Source: Malacoraja senta (taxonomy: Eukaryota). From it: a stretch of DNA of 64,000 bases. Positions 37,828-51,636 of this stretch are shown one piece after another (within the stretch, counting starts at the first letter, position 1; each line of letters begins with the position of its first letter). The stretch spans positions 1-64,000 of the forward strand of contig JAXLNO010000522.1 in the NCBI GenBank assembly GCA_038087875.1. Reading direction: 5' to 3'. Under the pieces are notes generated by a model. It was not told the origin of the DNA. It did no database searches and saw only the letters and a list, made by a program, of their open reading frames with translations. The translations under genes and the position numbers were made by a program.

Positions 37828-40002
37828 CTAAACTAAACTAAATACGTAGCTGTTGTTATAATGTGTAGATGTAATAAAGGAGGTGTCGTTATATGTAGTT
37901 CTTGTTCCAATGTGACTGTCTTGTTCCAATGTGCATGTGTTGTTGGACTGTGCAGCTGATGGATGGAGGAGAGAGAACTCAGGTACATGGTGTCAAGACC
38001 ATAACCCCTTCCTCAATATCAACAAGAAAAAGGATCTAGTTAGCGATTTCAGAATGCATGGTGGAGTACATGCCCCAATCAGCATCAATGGTACCAAAGC
38101 GGAAATCGATGCAAGCTTCAACTTCCTTGGCGCTAATATGATCAACGATCTGTCGTGGACCGACCACGTTGATGCGATGGCAAAGAAGGCACACAATAGT
38201 CTGTCTTTCCTGAGGAGATGGAATTTCACCATCTCCAGTGACCCCTGCAAACTTTTACAGATGCATTATAGGAAGCATACTCCTGGGTTTCATCACAGCT
38301 TGGCTTGAGAACAGCTCTGGCCAAGAATGGATGAAATCGCAACGAGTTGAAGATGCAGCCCAGCCCATCACACAGTCCAGACTACCCACCATTGACTCCA
38401 TCTACACTTCATGCTGCCTTGCGAAGGCAGCCTACATAATCAAAGGCTTATCCGACCCCGGTCATTCCTTCTTCTCCCTGCTCCCATGTTGCAGAAGGCA
38501 CCGAAGCTTGAAAGAGCGCACCACCAGACTCAGGAACAGCTTCATCCCCTTTGTTATAAGGCTTTGGAATGATCTTTCCATAAGTCAGGTTACTGTCACC
38601 TCCACCCCATTGTAGACATTGGACTTTATGGAACTGATGCATATATATCTGAGACGGTCTCTATTCACTTATCCTTTGGTCACATATCAAAACTTCCAAT
38701 GTCAGTAATTCAGAGAGTCAGTAATTTTCATAACTTCATAAGTTCATAAAATATAGGAGCAGAATTAGGCCAGTTGACCCATCAAGTCTACTCCGCCGTT
38801 CAATCATGGCTGATCTATCTCTCCCTCTTAACCCCATTCTCCTCCCTTTTCCCCATTAACCCTGGCACCCATACTAATCAAAAATCTATTTAACACCGCC
38901 TTAAAAATATTAATTGACTTGGCCTCCAAACATCCATTGACTTGCCAGCAAACGCCCATCATACATTAACACACCCATTCCTGGGATCATTCTTGTAAAC
39001 CTTCTCTGGATCCTCTCCAAAGAGTTACGGGGCCCAAAACTGTTCTCAATACTCCAAATGCCATCTGACCAGTGCCTTATAAAGATGGACACAGAAGGCT
39101 GGAGTAAAACCCCTGTCCCACTTAGGAGACCTAAACAGCAACATCTGGTGACCTTGCCCGCCACCCAAAAAAAATCAAGGTCGAGGTGACCTGCAACCTC
39201 CTACCACCTGCCACGCATGTGTTGAAAACCTTCCTCGACTATGAAGAAAACCGGCTTCGACTACACCTGCGACTAAAAAATTTTTTAAACGGCAACCTAT
39301 ATTTAGTCGAGGGTACACAAAAAAGCTGGAGAAACTCAGCGGGTGCAGCAGCATCTAAGGAATGAAGGAAATAGGCAACGTTTCGGGCCGAAACCCTTCT
39401 TCAGACTGATAGGGGGTGGGGAGAAGAAAGGAAAAAAGGCGGAGGAGGAGCCCGAGGGCTGGGGGAGGGGAGGAGACAACCAGAGGGCTGATGAAGGGGA
39501 GGGGACAGCAAGGACTAGCAGAATTGGGAGAATTCAATGTTCAAGCCTTAGGATGTAGACTGCCCAAGCGGAATATGAGGTGCATTTCCTCCAATTTCCG
39601 GTGTTGCTCGCTGCGGCCATGGAGGAGACCCAGGACAGAGAGGTCAGATACGGAATGGGAGGGGGAGTTGGTTTAGTCGAGGTTGGTTTTAAACATGATG
39701 AAAAAATAGCAGCAACCTAGATGAAGCCTCGACCACGTGGAAACCACTTTCGACCATTAGGGAGAGTGACCTAATGGAAACCTCCGGTGACCTCATGGAA
39801 ACCTTGGGTGGCGGGCAAGGTCACCAGAGGTTGCTGTTTGGGTCTCCTAAGTGGGACAGGGGCTTAACTCAGCAGGACAGGCAGCATCCCTGGAGAGTAG
39901 GAATGGGTGACATTTTGTGTTGAGCCCCTTCTTCAGACCTTATGAAGCATCCCTGTCTTTTATATTCTAGTCTCTCAAAATAAACGCTAGAATTGTCCAT
40001 AC

Positions 40003-40155
40003 CTTGGTGATCTCTGCCTGGACGCTGATATTGAGTTCCGATGTGGTTTCTTCCAGATATTCCATTTTATCCGCTGGGAAGGTGGTGTCGGGCAGCATCA
40101 CTGAGCACACACACACTCCGTCACTGTTAACTGTCCCATTGAAGGCCTTGGAAAT
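40003..40155 (-). CDS. olfm4: OLFM4-like copy 2, coding exon 2
   Basis: Same translation as 1069-1221. Confidence 0.88.
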
Positions 40156-41102
40156 CTGTAACCACATCAACATTGGGTTAATAGCAGAGCAAAGATTCTG
40201 GTGATGCACAGTTCCTGAATAATTCCCATTCAGTCACATTAACATCTCAGTTTCAGTTTCAGTTTAGTTTATTGTCACGTGTCCCGAGGTACAGTATAAA
40301 TGCTTTTGTTGCATTCTAACCAGTCAGCACTAAGACAATACCTGATTACAATCGATCCATTTACACAGTGTACAGATACATGATAAGGGAATAGCGTTTA
40401 GTGCAAGGTAAAGCCCGCAAAGTCTGATCAAGGATAATCTGAGGGTCATCAAAGAGGTAGATAGTAGTTCAGCACTGCTCTCTGGTTGTGGTAGGATGAT
40501 TCAGTTGCCTGATAACAGCTGGGAAGAAACTGTCCCTGAATCTGGAGGTGAGCGTTTTCACACTTCTGTACCTCTTGCCTGATGGGAGAGGGGAGAAGAG
40601 GGAGTGGCCAGGGTGCATCTCGTCCTTGATTATGCTGCTGGCCTTGCCGAGGCAGCGTTGCTGTTGCTTTTCATTTGTATGACTGACTTGGCAAATGAAA
40701 TTCCTCGTATGTTGCAAAACCTACTTGGCTAATAACGTATTATTGTGAATGTGATTAGAGGAGAAGAAGGGGCCAGTTTGCTTCACGTATCGTGTGGAGT
40801 CAAGCATTTCCATCCAGGCAGTCTGGTTGTGGTTGCAGTTAGACACAAAATGCTGGAGTAACTCAGCGGGACAGGCAGCATCTCTGGAGAGAAGGAATGG
40901 GTGACATTTCGGGTCGAGACCATTCTTCTGTGTGTGGTGTTACGTTGACCAGAACAGTCTTGGAGAAACAGCCTGGAGGAGATTGACTGCTCTTGTGCAT
41001 TAGTCAGTCACAGTGAACTTGACTTTACTCAAACACAGAACGAACTGGGGGGGGGGGTGAAGGGGACAAGATTATCTCAGGCAAAATGAGAAATAAACTC
41101 AC

Positions 41103-41162
41103 AGAGATCTGGGTAGAGGGCTCCAAGATCGCCACAATCAGCAGCAGGAACGATATCGTCAT
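41103..41162 (-). CDS. olfm4: OLFM4-like copy 2, coding exon 1 (signal peptide MTISF...)
   Basis: Paralogous to 2169-2228. Confidence 0.8.
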
Positions 41163-43295
41163 TATGCCTCCCTGTTCACCTGCAGAAGGAAGTGTTGCAG
41201 AAGAGATTAAGTACCCAACCCTTCAGGTAGCCAGGCAACCGCACAGAATGGAAACGGAAGCGTTTGACTTTAGTTTATCATCACACGAAGAGCTTTTGCT
41301 GCGTGCTAACCCGTCAGCGGAAAGACAATACATGATTACAATCAAGCTGACCACAGTGTCCAGACACAGGATGAAACTGTTGGCTTATACTCGCTAGAAT
41401 TTAGGAGATTGAGAGGGGATCTTATAGAAACGTACAAAATTCTTATGGGGTTGGACAGGCTAGATGCAGGAAGATTGTTCCCGATGTTGGGGAAGTCCAG
41501 GACAAGGGGTCACAGCTTAAGGATAAGGGGGAAATCCTTTAAGACCGAGATGAGGAAAAACTTTTTCACACAGAGAGTGGTGAATCTCTGGAACTCTCTG
41601 CCACAGAGGGTAGTTGAGGCCAGTTCATTGGCTATATTTAAGAGGGAGTTAGATGTGGCCCTTGTGGCTAAAGGGATCAGGGGGTATGGAGAGAAGGCAG
41701 GTACGGGATACTGAGTTGGATGATCAGCCATGATCATATTGAATGGCGGTGCAGGCTCGAAGGGCCGAATGGCCTACTCCTGCACCTATTTTCTATGAAT
41801 CTATGTATCTATGAAAGGAATATTGAGAATAACGTTCAGTGTAAGAGAAGCATGGTCAACGTAAGAAATGCTGCCGTCGGAGTAAAGATTTAAAAGAGTG
41901 GTGCAATAATGCGTGGTTCAGGGCCTGTCCCACTGTACGAGGTAAATCAAGAGTTCTCTCGAGTTTCCCCTGATTCGAACTCGGAGAAATACGGTAATAG
42001 CCGCTCGGAGGTACTCGGAGCTCTCGTGGACATTTTTCAACATGCTGAAAAAACTTCACGAGCTTACCGCATTTCCCGAGTACCTGCCGTTAGCGTTACG
42101 AGCCGCTAAGAGACGTCCCGAGCTCCGACGTACCCGCTACGTACATTCTACGTACTTACCACGAGTTTGATTTTTTTTAAAACTCGGGAGAGCTCTTGAA
42201 TTACCTCGTACAGTGGGACAGGCCCTTAAGTTTAGTTTGGTTTATTGTCACGTGTACCGAGGTACAGTGAAAAGCTTTTGTTGCGTGCTATCCAGTCAGT
42301 GGAAAGACAAAACATGATTTCAATCGATCCATTTACAGTGTGCAGATACATGATAAGGGAATAGGTTTAGTGCAAGGTAAAGCCAGTAAAATCCGATCAA
42401 GGATAGTCTGAGGGTCACCAATGAGGTAGATGGCAGTTCAGCACTGCTCCCTGGTTGTGGTAGGATGGTTCAGCTGCCTGATAACAGCTGGGAAGAAACT
42501 GGGCAGAGATAGATAGATTCTTGATTAGTACGGGTGTCAGGGGTTATGGGGAGAAGGCAGGAGAATGGGGTTCGGATGGAGAGATAGATCAGCCATGATT
42601 GAATGGTGGAATAGACTTGATGGGCCGAGTGGCTTAATTCTTGTCTGAAGAAAGGTCTCGACCCGAAACGTCACCTATTCCTTCGCTCCATAGATGCTGC
42701 CTCACCCGCTGAGTTTCTCCAGCATTTTGTCTACCTACAATTTTTCCAGCATCTGCAATTCTTTCTTAAATCATTCTTGTCTTATCACTTATAACCTCCT
42801 GACCTCATGACAACCCGGCAATATGAATATTGACTTCCCTAACCTCAAGTAACCCTTGCTTTCCCTCTCTCTCCATCCCTCCCCCATCCTAGTTCTCCGA
42901 CTACTTTCACTGACCTCCTGATTTAATATTACTTGGTAAACCTCGCTGGCACTTTCCTCAGCTAACAATGATCTCTTCTACATTTTCCTTGATCTTCGTC
43001 CCCGTGTGATCTCTCGTTTTCACGCCTTGCCCTTCCATATCCCCCGTTTCCCTCTCCCCTGACTCTCAGTCGGAGGAAGGGTCTCGACCCGAAACGTCAC
43101 CCACTCCCTCTCTCCCGTGATGCTGCCTGCCCCGCTGAGTTACTCCAACATTCGGTGTCCTCATGGGCTGATTCACATCATCTGGATTCTTGCTCTTCAT
43201 TGCACCAGTGTTGAAAACCCTGAGTTAAACATTCCGTCAAAGTAAACCTCGATCAGATAATCTCTGCTTCTGAAACGGTGAAGATTTTGACTTAC

Positions 43296-43388
43296 CGATC
43301 TGTCAGTGGGTAAGAAGTGAGTGCTGATCTTGAGGAGTGTGGACGCCCAGTGCAATAAATGGTTCCACAGAAGACCGTCCATTATATA
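43296..43388 (-). promoter_or_regulatory. Putative TATA box and non-coding exon 1 of copy 2
   Basis: Paralogous to 4362-4454. Confidence 0.6.
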
Positions 43389-46300
43389 GGCAGGTCCTGG
43401 GAACACATCAGTCTGTTATCTCCCTCTGCTGTTAATGGTGCCAGCAGTTAGCTGGATGGGTAAAATAAGACGGTGAGATCAAGCACCAAGATTACCGATA
43501 AAACCTCACCGGGTGACAGCTGTGCTTCAGAGGCCACAGTGCGTGATAACTTTGTTTGGTGCCCGGAACTTGATTAAAGTTTGCCTGTGGAGATGAAGCT
43601 AATTAACTACCAATGAGTTACTGTACATCTTGAGTCTCTCTGAGGATCCTTCAATGCTTCTACTCTGGGGCTGTAGAAAGCATCTTGTCCAGCAGCATCA
43701 CAATCTGGTTTGGGAACTGCTCTGCCCAGGACAAGAAGGCTCTGCAGAGAGTAGTGCGTTCGGCTGGGAACTACACTCGCCCCCCTGCAGGACCTATATA
43801 CCAGGAGGTGCAGATCCAGAGCCAGCAACATTATGGGGGGCCCCTACCACCCCAGCAACGGACTGTTCCAGCTGCTACGGTCAGGCAAACGACTCCGCTG
43901 TCACGCTGTGAAAACAGAGAGGATGAGACGGAGTTTCTACCCACAGGCCGTCAGGATTGTAAACTCTGATCTCACCAGGGACTAATTTACTGTTGTGTTG
44001 TGTCTTATTAAAAATAAAAATTCTAGCATGTAAATACTGATTCTGTTCTATTCTGTTCTGTAGTTTTTGCACAATCCGCAGGCATTGTCACTTTCATTAC
44101 ACTGCATATCTTGTATGTGTATGTGACATAAAGTTGACTTGACTTGACTGTACATCCTTGGGCTTCCAAGATGGTTCTCCAAGATGACAACAGCTTCCAA
44201 GATGGCACCCAACCCAGCTGAGCCACAGTAGCAGATCTACAGACTCATGTTACAATCGCTCCACACTCTTAAATCTCTGATCCTGCAGTGACATTTGTCA
44301 TAAGGGATAGGTGTAGGCAGGGTTAGGACAGGTTTGGAGGGATATGGAGCAAACACAGTTAGGTGGGACTAGTGTAGATGGGACTTGTTGGTCATTGTGG
44401 GCAAGTTGGGCAAGCTGTATCTCATAAGGTCATCAGTGATAGGAGCAGAAACAGGCCATTCTGCCCATCAAGTCTACGCTGCCATTCAATCATGGCTGAT
44501 CTATCTCTGCCTCCGAACCATATTCCCCTGCCTTCTCCCCATAACCTCTGACACCCGTACTGATAAAGAATCTATCTATCTCTGCCTTAAAAATATCCAC
44601 TGACATGGCCGTACTTTATACACTGTAAATGGGTCGATTGTAATCATGTATTGTCTTTCCACTGACTGGATAACACACAACAAAAGCTTTTCACTGTACC
44701 TCAGTACACGTGACTTGAAACTAAACTGAACTGACCTGAACTGGGCTTAACTTGTTTGGCCAAACTACAAAAGAGGGACCAACAGTAAGGAGATTACATA
44801 AATGCAATAAGTTGGACGGGGTGGGAGATTGCAACCTTCACGTGGTCCGCCCTGTTTCGACGAATGCAATCAACCTGGCGTGCACAATCAAATAAGATCA
44901 AATAGAACAAGTTGTCCTGCAACTTTAGGCTGTGCACGACATACACAAGAAGAAGAATAAATTGGATATCAAGCCACATGGAAATTTGAGATCCAGTGGT
45001 CCTTTAGAAAACATGATTTACCTGGTGGCACAGCTGGTAGAGCCAGTGACCCAGGTTCGATCCTGACCCTGGGTCCTATCAAGAATCAAGAGAGGACACA
45101 AAGTGCGGGGGTCACCCAGTTCTCCAGAGATGCTGCAGGTTTGCAGGTTAATTGGCTTGGTATAAATGTAAAACATTGTCCCTGGTGTATGTGGGATAGT
45201 GCTAGTGTACGGGGATCGCTGGTCAGCGTGGAGACGATGGGCCGAAGGGCCTGTTTCCGCGCTGTATATCTAAACTAAACAAAACTTAAAATATTTGTGC
45301 AATTTATTGGTGTCCTTGGATGGATGTTGTGAATAACATGATAACAGTGAACGCATTAAACTTAGATTTCCAGAAGCCATGTGGTAAGCTGCTGCCCCAG
45401 GGTTTATGGTAGAAAATAACTCATATCGAATAAGAAATGTGTTAGTGTGTACAGAAGATTGGCCGGATAACAGGAAACAGAGGGTAGATGTAAATGGGTC
45501 TTTTTTGGCTGTCAAGATGTACAAGAGGTTGTTGCTCCTCAATTTACAGGTTTTATTAATCTAGCCATTAATGTCTTGATGGCTTAATGTTCTGTTTACA
45601 CAATGATAGAGGAAAGTAAGTTGAGACAAGAAAAAAGGGTTAGGGAAAGGTGAAATGAGTGGGGAGAGGAGATACAAGGAACTACAGATGCTGGTTTACA
45701 AAGAAAGGACACAAGTGCTGTAATACCTCAGCAGGTCAGGCAGCATCTCTGGAGAACATGGATGGATGATGTTTCCAGTCTTTGCGTTAGTTTTGTTTAG
45801 AGATACAGCGTGGTAATTTGTGGTAAGCTCACTTGTAGCATTGAAAAGGGGGATTCTGAGACCTGAGTACACGTCGTGACGTAGCACCTTCCCGCAAATG
45901 CTGCTCTGGTCCCTGTTAACGGCAGATGGGCCAGCAGGAGATGAAGAACCAGCACCTTGGACAGCGTCTACCTGCTGGAAAGCAGCAGCACCTTGGACTG
46001 GCAGACTGGGAGAGGTGATCCATGGGAGGGTTTGATGGTTCAGCAACACACTGTGCAGGAAGGAACTGCAGATGCTGCTTTCATCTGAAGATAGACACAA
46101 GAAGCTGGAGTAACAGGCAGCGCCTCTGGAGAGAAGGAATGGGTGATGTTTTGACTCTTGACCCGAAACGTCACCCTTTCCTGCTCTCCAGAGGCGATGC
46201 TTGTCCCACTGAGTTACTCCAGCTTTTTGTGTCTACCTTCAGCAAAGTGCGGAGGGCATGTCAAAGCATGACAGAGACATGACCTTGCCATCCGCGAGTC

Positions 46301-49300
46301 ATGGCGCCAGGCGGAAGAGGGCTCTGCCCGAGCCGGCTGCCTGCCCCTTTTATGGGGTTACGTCCGCGCCCGGGTGGTGTTAGAGAGGGACTACGTCCTG
46401 TCCACGGGCGCCCTGGGGGATTTCCGGAACCGCTGGGCACCGCGGGGTGTTGAATGTATCCTTGACACCTGGATCTCCTGCCATCAGGCAAGAGATATCG
46501 CAGCATCAAAGCCCGGACTACAAGACTGCTAAACAGCTTCCTGCCATATGCTGTGAGGCTGCTAAACAGCCACTCTGTACTCACAGTCACCTGATTCTGC
46601 GGCTTGGCACGGACACTATAATAACTGGCACTGGCCACTTCAATAACTGGCACTGGCCACTCAAATCAGCCACCCCGGACATGTTTATGATTGGTCTTAC
46701 TGTATTTAAACGTTGTTTGTATCTATTTTAACTTATACTGTTCCATCAGGGACTGGATTGTTTTAGTGTTGTTATTATTATGTGTGAAATGTTTTAAACT
46801 TCATGAGCGATGCTCCGGTATTCCCTGGGAAACGTCTTTTCGTTTTGCACTGCACAACTGTTGATTGCAAGATGACAATAAAGGAATTGAATTGAATTGA
46901 ATTGAATTGACAAGGATTGTAACATAGTTGTCTAGTAGTTTATTTAGTATATTTGTTTGTCTTGTATTATGGTGCTGGGTTCTGGTTTGTTTTGTTGTAT
47001 TGCAAATATCATTTAAAATAATTGAATACATTTTTTGATCAAAAAAAATAAAAAGACATGATCTTCCACTGCAGCGCTAATGTCTAACCGTGACACTGGA
47101 ATCCAGCTGCTGTGATCCAGAGGTGGAGTTTCTCATATGCAACAGCCTCTCCACTTTAATCTCACCCACCCACAGGTCTTTGGTGCAAGATGCACAACCA
47201 AGCTATCGTCGTCTATAATGGACCTCCTCAATCAGTGTAAAGTGATGCTCTCGTCATTAAAGGCATGACCTATATAGAACTGGGTTCCGAAGTTGGGAGA
47301 TCTTGTTGCGGTGCATAAAACATCGATGAGACCCGATTTGGGGTATTGTGTTCAGTTTTGGTCTCCATGTTATGGGGAAGATGTTGTCGAGCTGGAAAAG
47401 GTGAGGAGGAGACTCGCGAGGATGCTGCCAGGATGCTGAGGGCCTGAGCTGTAAGGAAAGGTTGAGCAGGCTGGGACTTCACTCCTTGGAGCGCAGGAGG
47501 ATGAGGGGTGATCTTGTAGAGGTGTACAAGATCACGAGAGGAAAGGATCGGGTAAATGCACAGAGCAAAGAAGGGAAGAGATTGAACTTTTTTTCCGCCT
47601 TCCATCACAGTGAGGAATGTGGAGGAGTCACTGTGGTGGATGTTTATGTAAAAATGTGTTTTGTGTGTTCTGTTGCTTTTTATTTGGATGTCTGACTTGG
47701 CAAATGAAATTCCTCGTACGTTGCAAAACATACTTGGCTAATAAAGTGTTATTGTGATTGTGATTGTCTTTTACCCAGAGTAGGGGAATCGAGAATAAGC
47801 AGACATGGGTTTAAGCTGAAGAGGGAATGATTTAATAGGAACTTGAGGCGTAACTTTTTACACAAAGGATGGTGTGTGTATGGATTGCGCTGCCGGAGGA
47901 GTAAATAGACAATAGGTGCAGGAGTAGGCCATTCGGCCCTTCGAGCCAGCACCGCCATTCAATGTGATCATGGCTGATCATCCCCAATCAGTACCCCGTT
48001 CCTGCCTTCTCCCCATATCCCCTGACTCCGCTATCTTTAAGAGCCCTATCTAACTCTCTTTTGAAAGCATTCAGAGAACCTGCCTCTGAGGCAGAGAATT
48101 CCACAGACTCACCACTCTCTGTGAGAAAAAGTGTTTCCTCATCTCCGTTCTAAATGGCCTACCCCTTATTCTTAAACTGTGTGTGGCCCCTGGTTCTGGA
48201 CTCCCCCAACATCGGGAACATGTTTCCTGCCTCTAGCGTGTCCAAGCCCTTAACAATCTTATTAAGGCAGAGACTACCAGATCAAATCAAGTCAAATTTA
48301 TTGATAAAGCACATTTAAAAACAACCCACGTTGACCAAAGAGCTGTACAGAGCAGAGCAGGTAGTTAAAATCACAAAATGAAACAGACATACACAGGAAT
48401 GCACACAGCACTCAGGTACAAATCATCAGCTCTAAGACACAAAATCAAGATTAGCCACATCAGGGGGATTCAAACGCTAGTGAATAAAAATAAAACAGAG
48501 CCTGGACTTAAAAGAGTCGATGGAGGGGGAAGATCTGATAGGGAGGGGGATGCTGTAGGGGCCGCAACAGCAAAGGCACGGTCACCCCTGAGCTTAAGTT
48601 TAGATCACGGGACAGCCAGGAGCCCCAAGTCAGCCGACCTGAGGGACCTGGAGGTAGAGTAAGGGGTAAGGAGGTGTGTGATGTAGGGGGGAGCAAGCAT
48701 GTTTAGGGCTTTATAGACAAACAGGAGAAACTTAAAATCAACTCTGAGCCGTACTGGCAGCCAGTGGAGAGAGGCCAGAATGGGGGTAATATGGTCCCAA
48801 TTCCAGGTACCTGTCAAGAGCCCGGCTGTGGCGTTCTGGACCAGTTGCAGGCGGGACAGGGACGACTGACTGATCCCAGTATACAGGGAGTTGCAGTAGT
48901 CCAGGCGAGAGGATATGAAAGCGTGGATGACTTGCTCCAGATCTTTGAATGAGAGGAACGGTTTTATTTTGGAAATGCTATAATAACGTTTAAGAGATAT
49001 CTTGTTCAGGTACATGGATAGGACAGGTTTAGAGGGATATGGGCCAAGCATAGGCAGGTGGAACTAGTGTAGATGGGACATGTTGGGTCGGTGTGGGCAA
49101 GTTGTAGGTATGTTACAAAATTTACCTTCAGCGGCGCTGCAGTTCTGTCACTGCCCGTGTGCGCGACATTGGCGCCTTTGAGAGGGGGGCGGGTTTAAAA
49201 TGCCTTGTTCCTCCAGCCTATTCAAATCGATGTCTGTCAGGCTGTTGAGCTGCTAAAGAATAATCGCTTCGACTGCCGTTTTATTAAGTTTCTTTTAAAC

Positions 49301-50824
49301 TGCACTGGATATTTTACGAACAGGAGTAAATTACAAATAATCTTCTAAAGCCGTCAACGCCGACAACGGGGACGGATTTCATGTACGGGACAGGTAAAGG
49401 AAAGCCGCTTATTTTATATATAAACTTGCTTCTAAGGATGCCTTTAATCAAAATTTCACGTTGTGAAAATGTAATTATGTAAATATACGAACCGGCAGTA
49501 TTTTTCCTGCTGATATGAGGTTTAAATTCACCGCATATGCAACGTTCCAAAACAGCGCGTTCCACAAAAACCCACTCGCAAGATGATTTAAATGGCCATT
49601 AATTTACGGGAAGTAAACACTAAATTCCTTCCATTTGGCCTATAAATTAATGACAATGAGATTTAAAAATCATGTTATATTGTGAATTATTGTGTGAATG
49701 TTATTTGAACACTTAGGCTATTTAAAAATGTTAACTTTTTCTTACGAAATGGATAGATGTTTAGATCTAGTAATTGAATTTTGTAATTAGCTACAATTGG
49801 GTAACTAACTAATTATATGCTTTAATTTCAGATCATTCAAGTAAGATTGTTTCATATTTGTTTCAGAATGCTTCAATCTATAATAACTGAAAATTTCATT
49901 CAGTTCTCTTAATTTTTAAGAAAGTTATGGGCTTTTGACTGTCCTTGATCACAGCTTTTGAGTTAAGTCAATGGAAAAGCAATAGGGAACAAGATGCTAA
50001 TTTCAGTATGAAAATGGCCATAACTTTTTTAATACTGAAGATATGAAAGTGAATTAGGTGTCAAATTAAATTTATTTTTATGTTTTATCTGATGGGATAA
50101 ATTGCAGACTTGATTTTTAAAATCTCAAAATTTTGCAACATTGCTACTAGTTGGGCCAAAGGGCCTGTTTCCACGCTGTATGACTCTATGACTGTGACAC
50201 CAACAGCCCTCCTACCCCAATAGTGAGTCAGTCACACCACGAGTTAGGTTGAACTAAACATCTATAATATGATGTGAACAGGACATTTTAAAGCAGAATT
50301 AATCGGACCTTGGATTCTAGATTCTGATTCTACAGGCTGATTCTAGATGTCAAGATCATTGCTTTGGCCACTTCAACTTTGATGTTAAATTGGAATTTAA
50401 ATGTATCCCAAAGAAATTCAGCTGCAGAAATTCAGCTTTAGGTCTCTGATTTTCTACCCAGGTTCTGTCATAGAGTCACAGAGTGATACAGCATGGAAAC
50501 AGGCCCTTCGGCCCAACATGGAGCCTACATGTCTCAGCTACACTAGTCCCACCTGTCAGCGTTTGGTCCATATCCCTCCAAACCGGCCCTATCTACACTA
50601 TAATAGATTAGTGAAAGGCCTGGAGAGAGTGGATGTGGAGAGGACAAATCTGTATTTTCCATGTGTCTGCCTAACTGCTTCTTAAAGGCTGGGATAGTCC
50701 CTGCCTAAACTGCCTCAACTGGCAGCTTGTTCCATACACCCGCCACCCTTTGTGTGAAAAAGTTAAACCCTGTCGATCAGAAAAAGTCGGAGTCTACAGG
50801 TATTACACTTCGACCGATGGCCGA

Positions 50825-51636
50825 CTATTGATCCGGTTTAAAGGTCACGTCATAGGACACCAGATAGCCGTCATTGTACACGTACAGCTTGTGATCGGAC
50901 GGGTTGTAGCTGACACTGCGCAGTGTCTCCATCACCTTCTCCATCCTTACGGCGACCCGACCTTCCTCACCGGTCCTGGTATCGAACGTGTAGAAGATCT
51001 CCTCCATCCCTGGTCCCACAGGCCGAAGGGCGTACAGCACCCCGCAGATCATGAAGGCGTTGGTGACGCTGGGCTTGAACTTTTCGGTGACCCAGGTCCT
51101 CCCGACAGTGAAGGCCACCGTGTCGATTTTACTAAGAAGAATTCGCCCGGCATGCTGCTCGGTGGAGTAAATGACCCAAAGGCCTGTTTCATCGACAGCA
51201 AAGTCCATGTCCTGGTAGGTAACCTTGTAGTAGGAGAACCTGTTATTGTAGGCCGCATTAGCCAGTGTCCGTTTCTCTATGGTTCCTGTGTCTACGTTAT
51301 ACCTGCAGATATTCCTGCCATTGTAACAGTTGTAGTACATAGAGTTATTGTACAAAACCATCCCAGCCCCCTGTGCTCTATTGTAATAGCTAGGATACCC
51401 AAGGTTCCTTTCAGTCCAATTTTGGTTGAGCAGTAAATCGTCATAAGAAGGGTAGAAGCGGAAGGTTTGAAATAAAGATTCCCCAGTGGAGGCCACCACA
51501 AAATACTGCTCTTGTTCAGCGTGAAGGGGAACGGGGTCTTTCCCCCAAGCTCCACATTGGTAACTCGACCCCATCCAGTTCTGTTTCACAATGAGAGGTT
51601 CAGTGACTTTGAGGAGGCCGCCATGTTTGCAACTCC
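50825..51636 (-). CDS. olfm4: OLFM4-like copy 3, terminal olfactomedin-domain exon (one extra codon)
   Basis: Intact ORF; in-frame Pro insertion plus 8 substitutions relative to copy 1. Confidence 0.93.

Larger units (their letters stand above)
17035..38942. repeat. Tandem unit B (~21.9 kb = 17-kb unit + 4.86-kb DIRS insertion)
   Basis: Colinear with unit A at offset ~17034 before the insertion and ~21900 after it. Confidence 0.97.
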
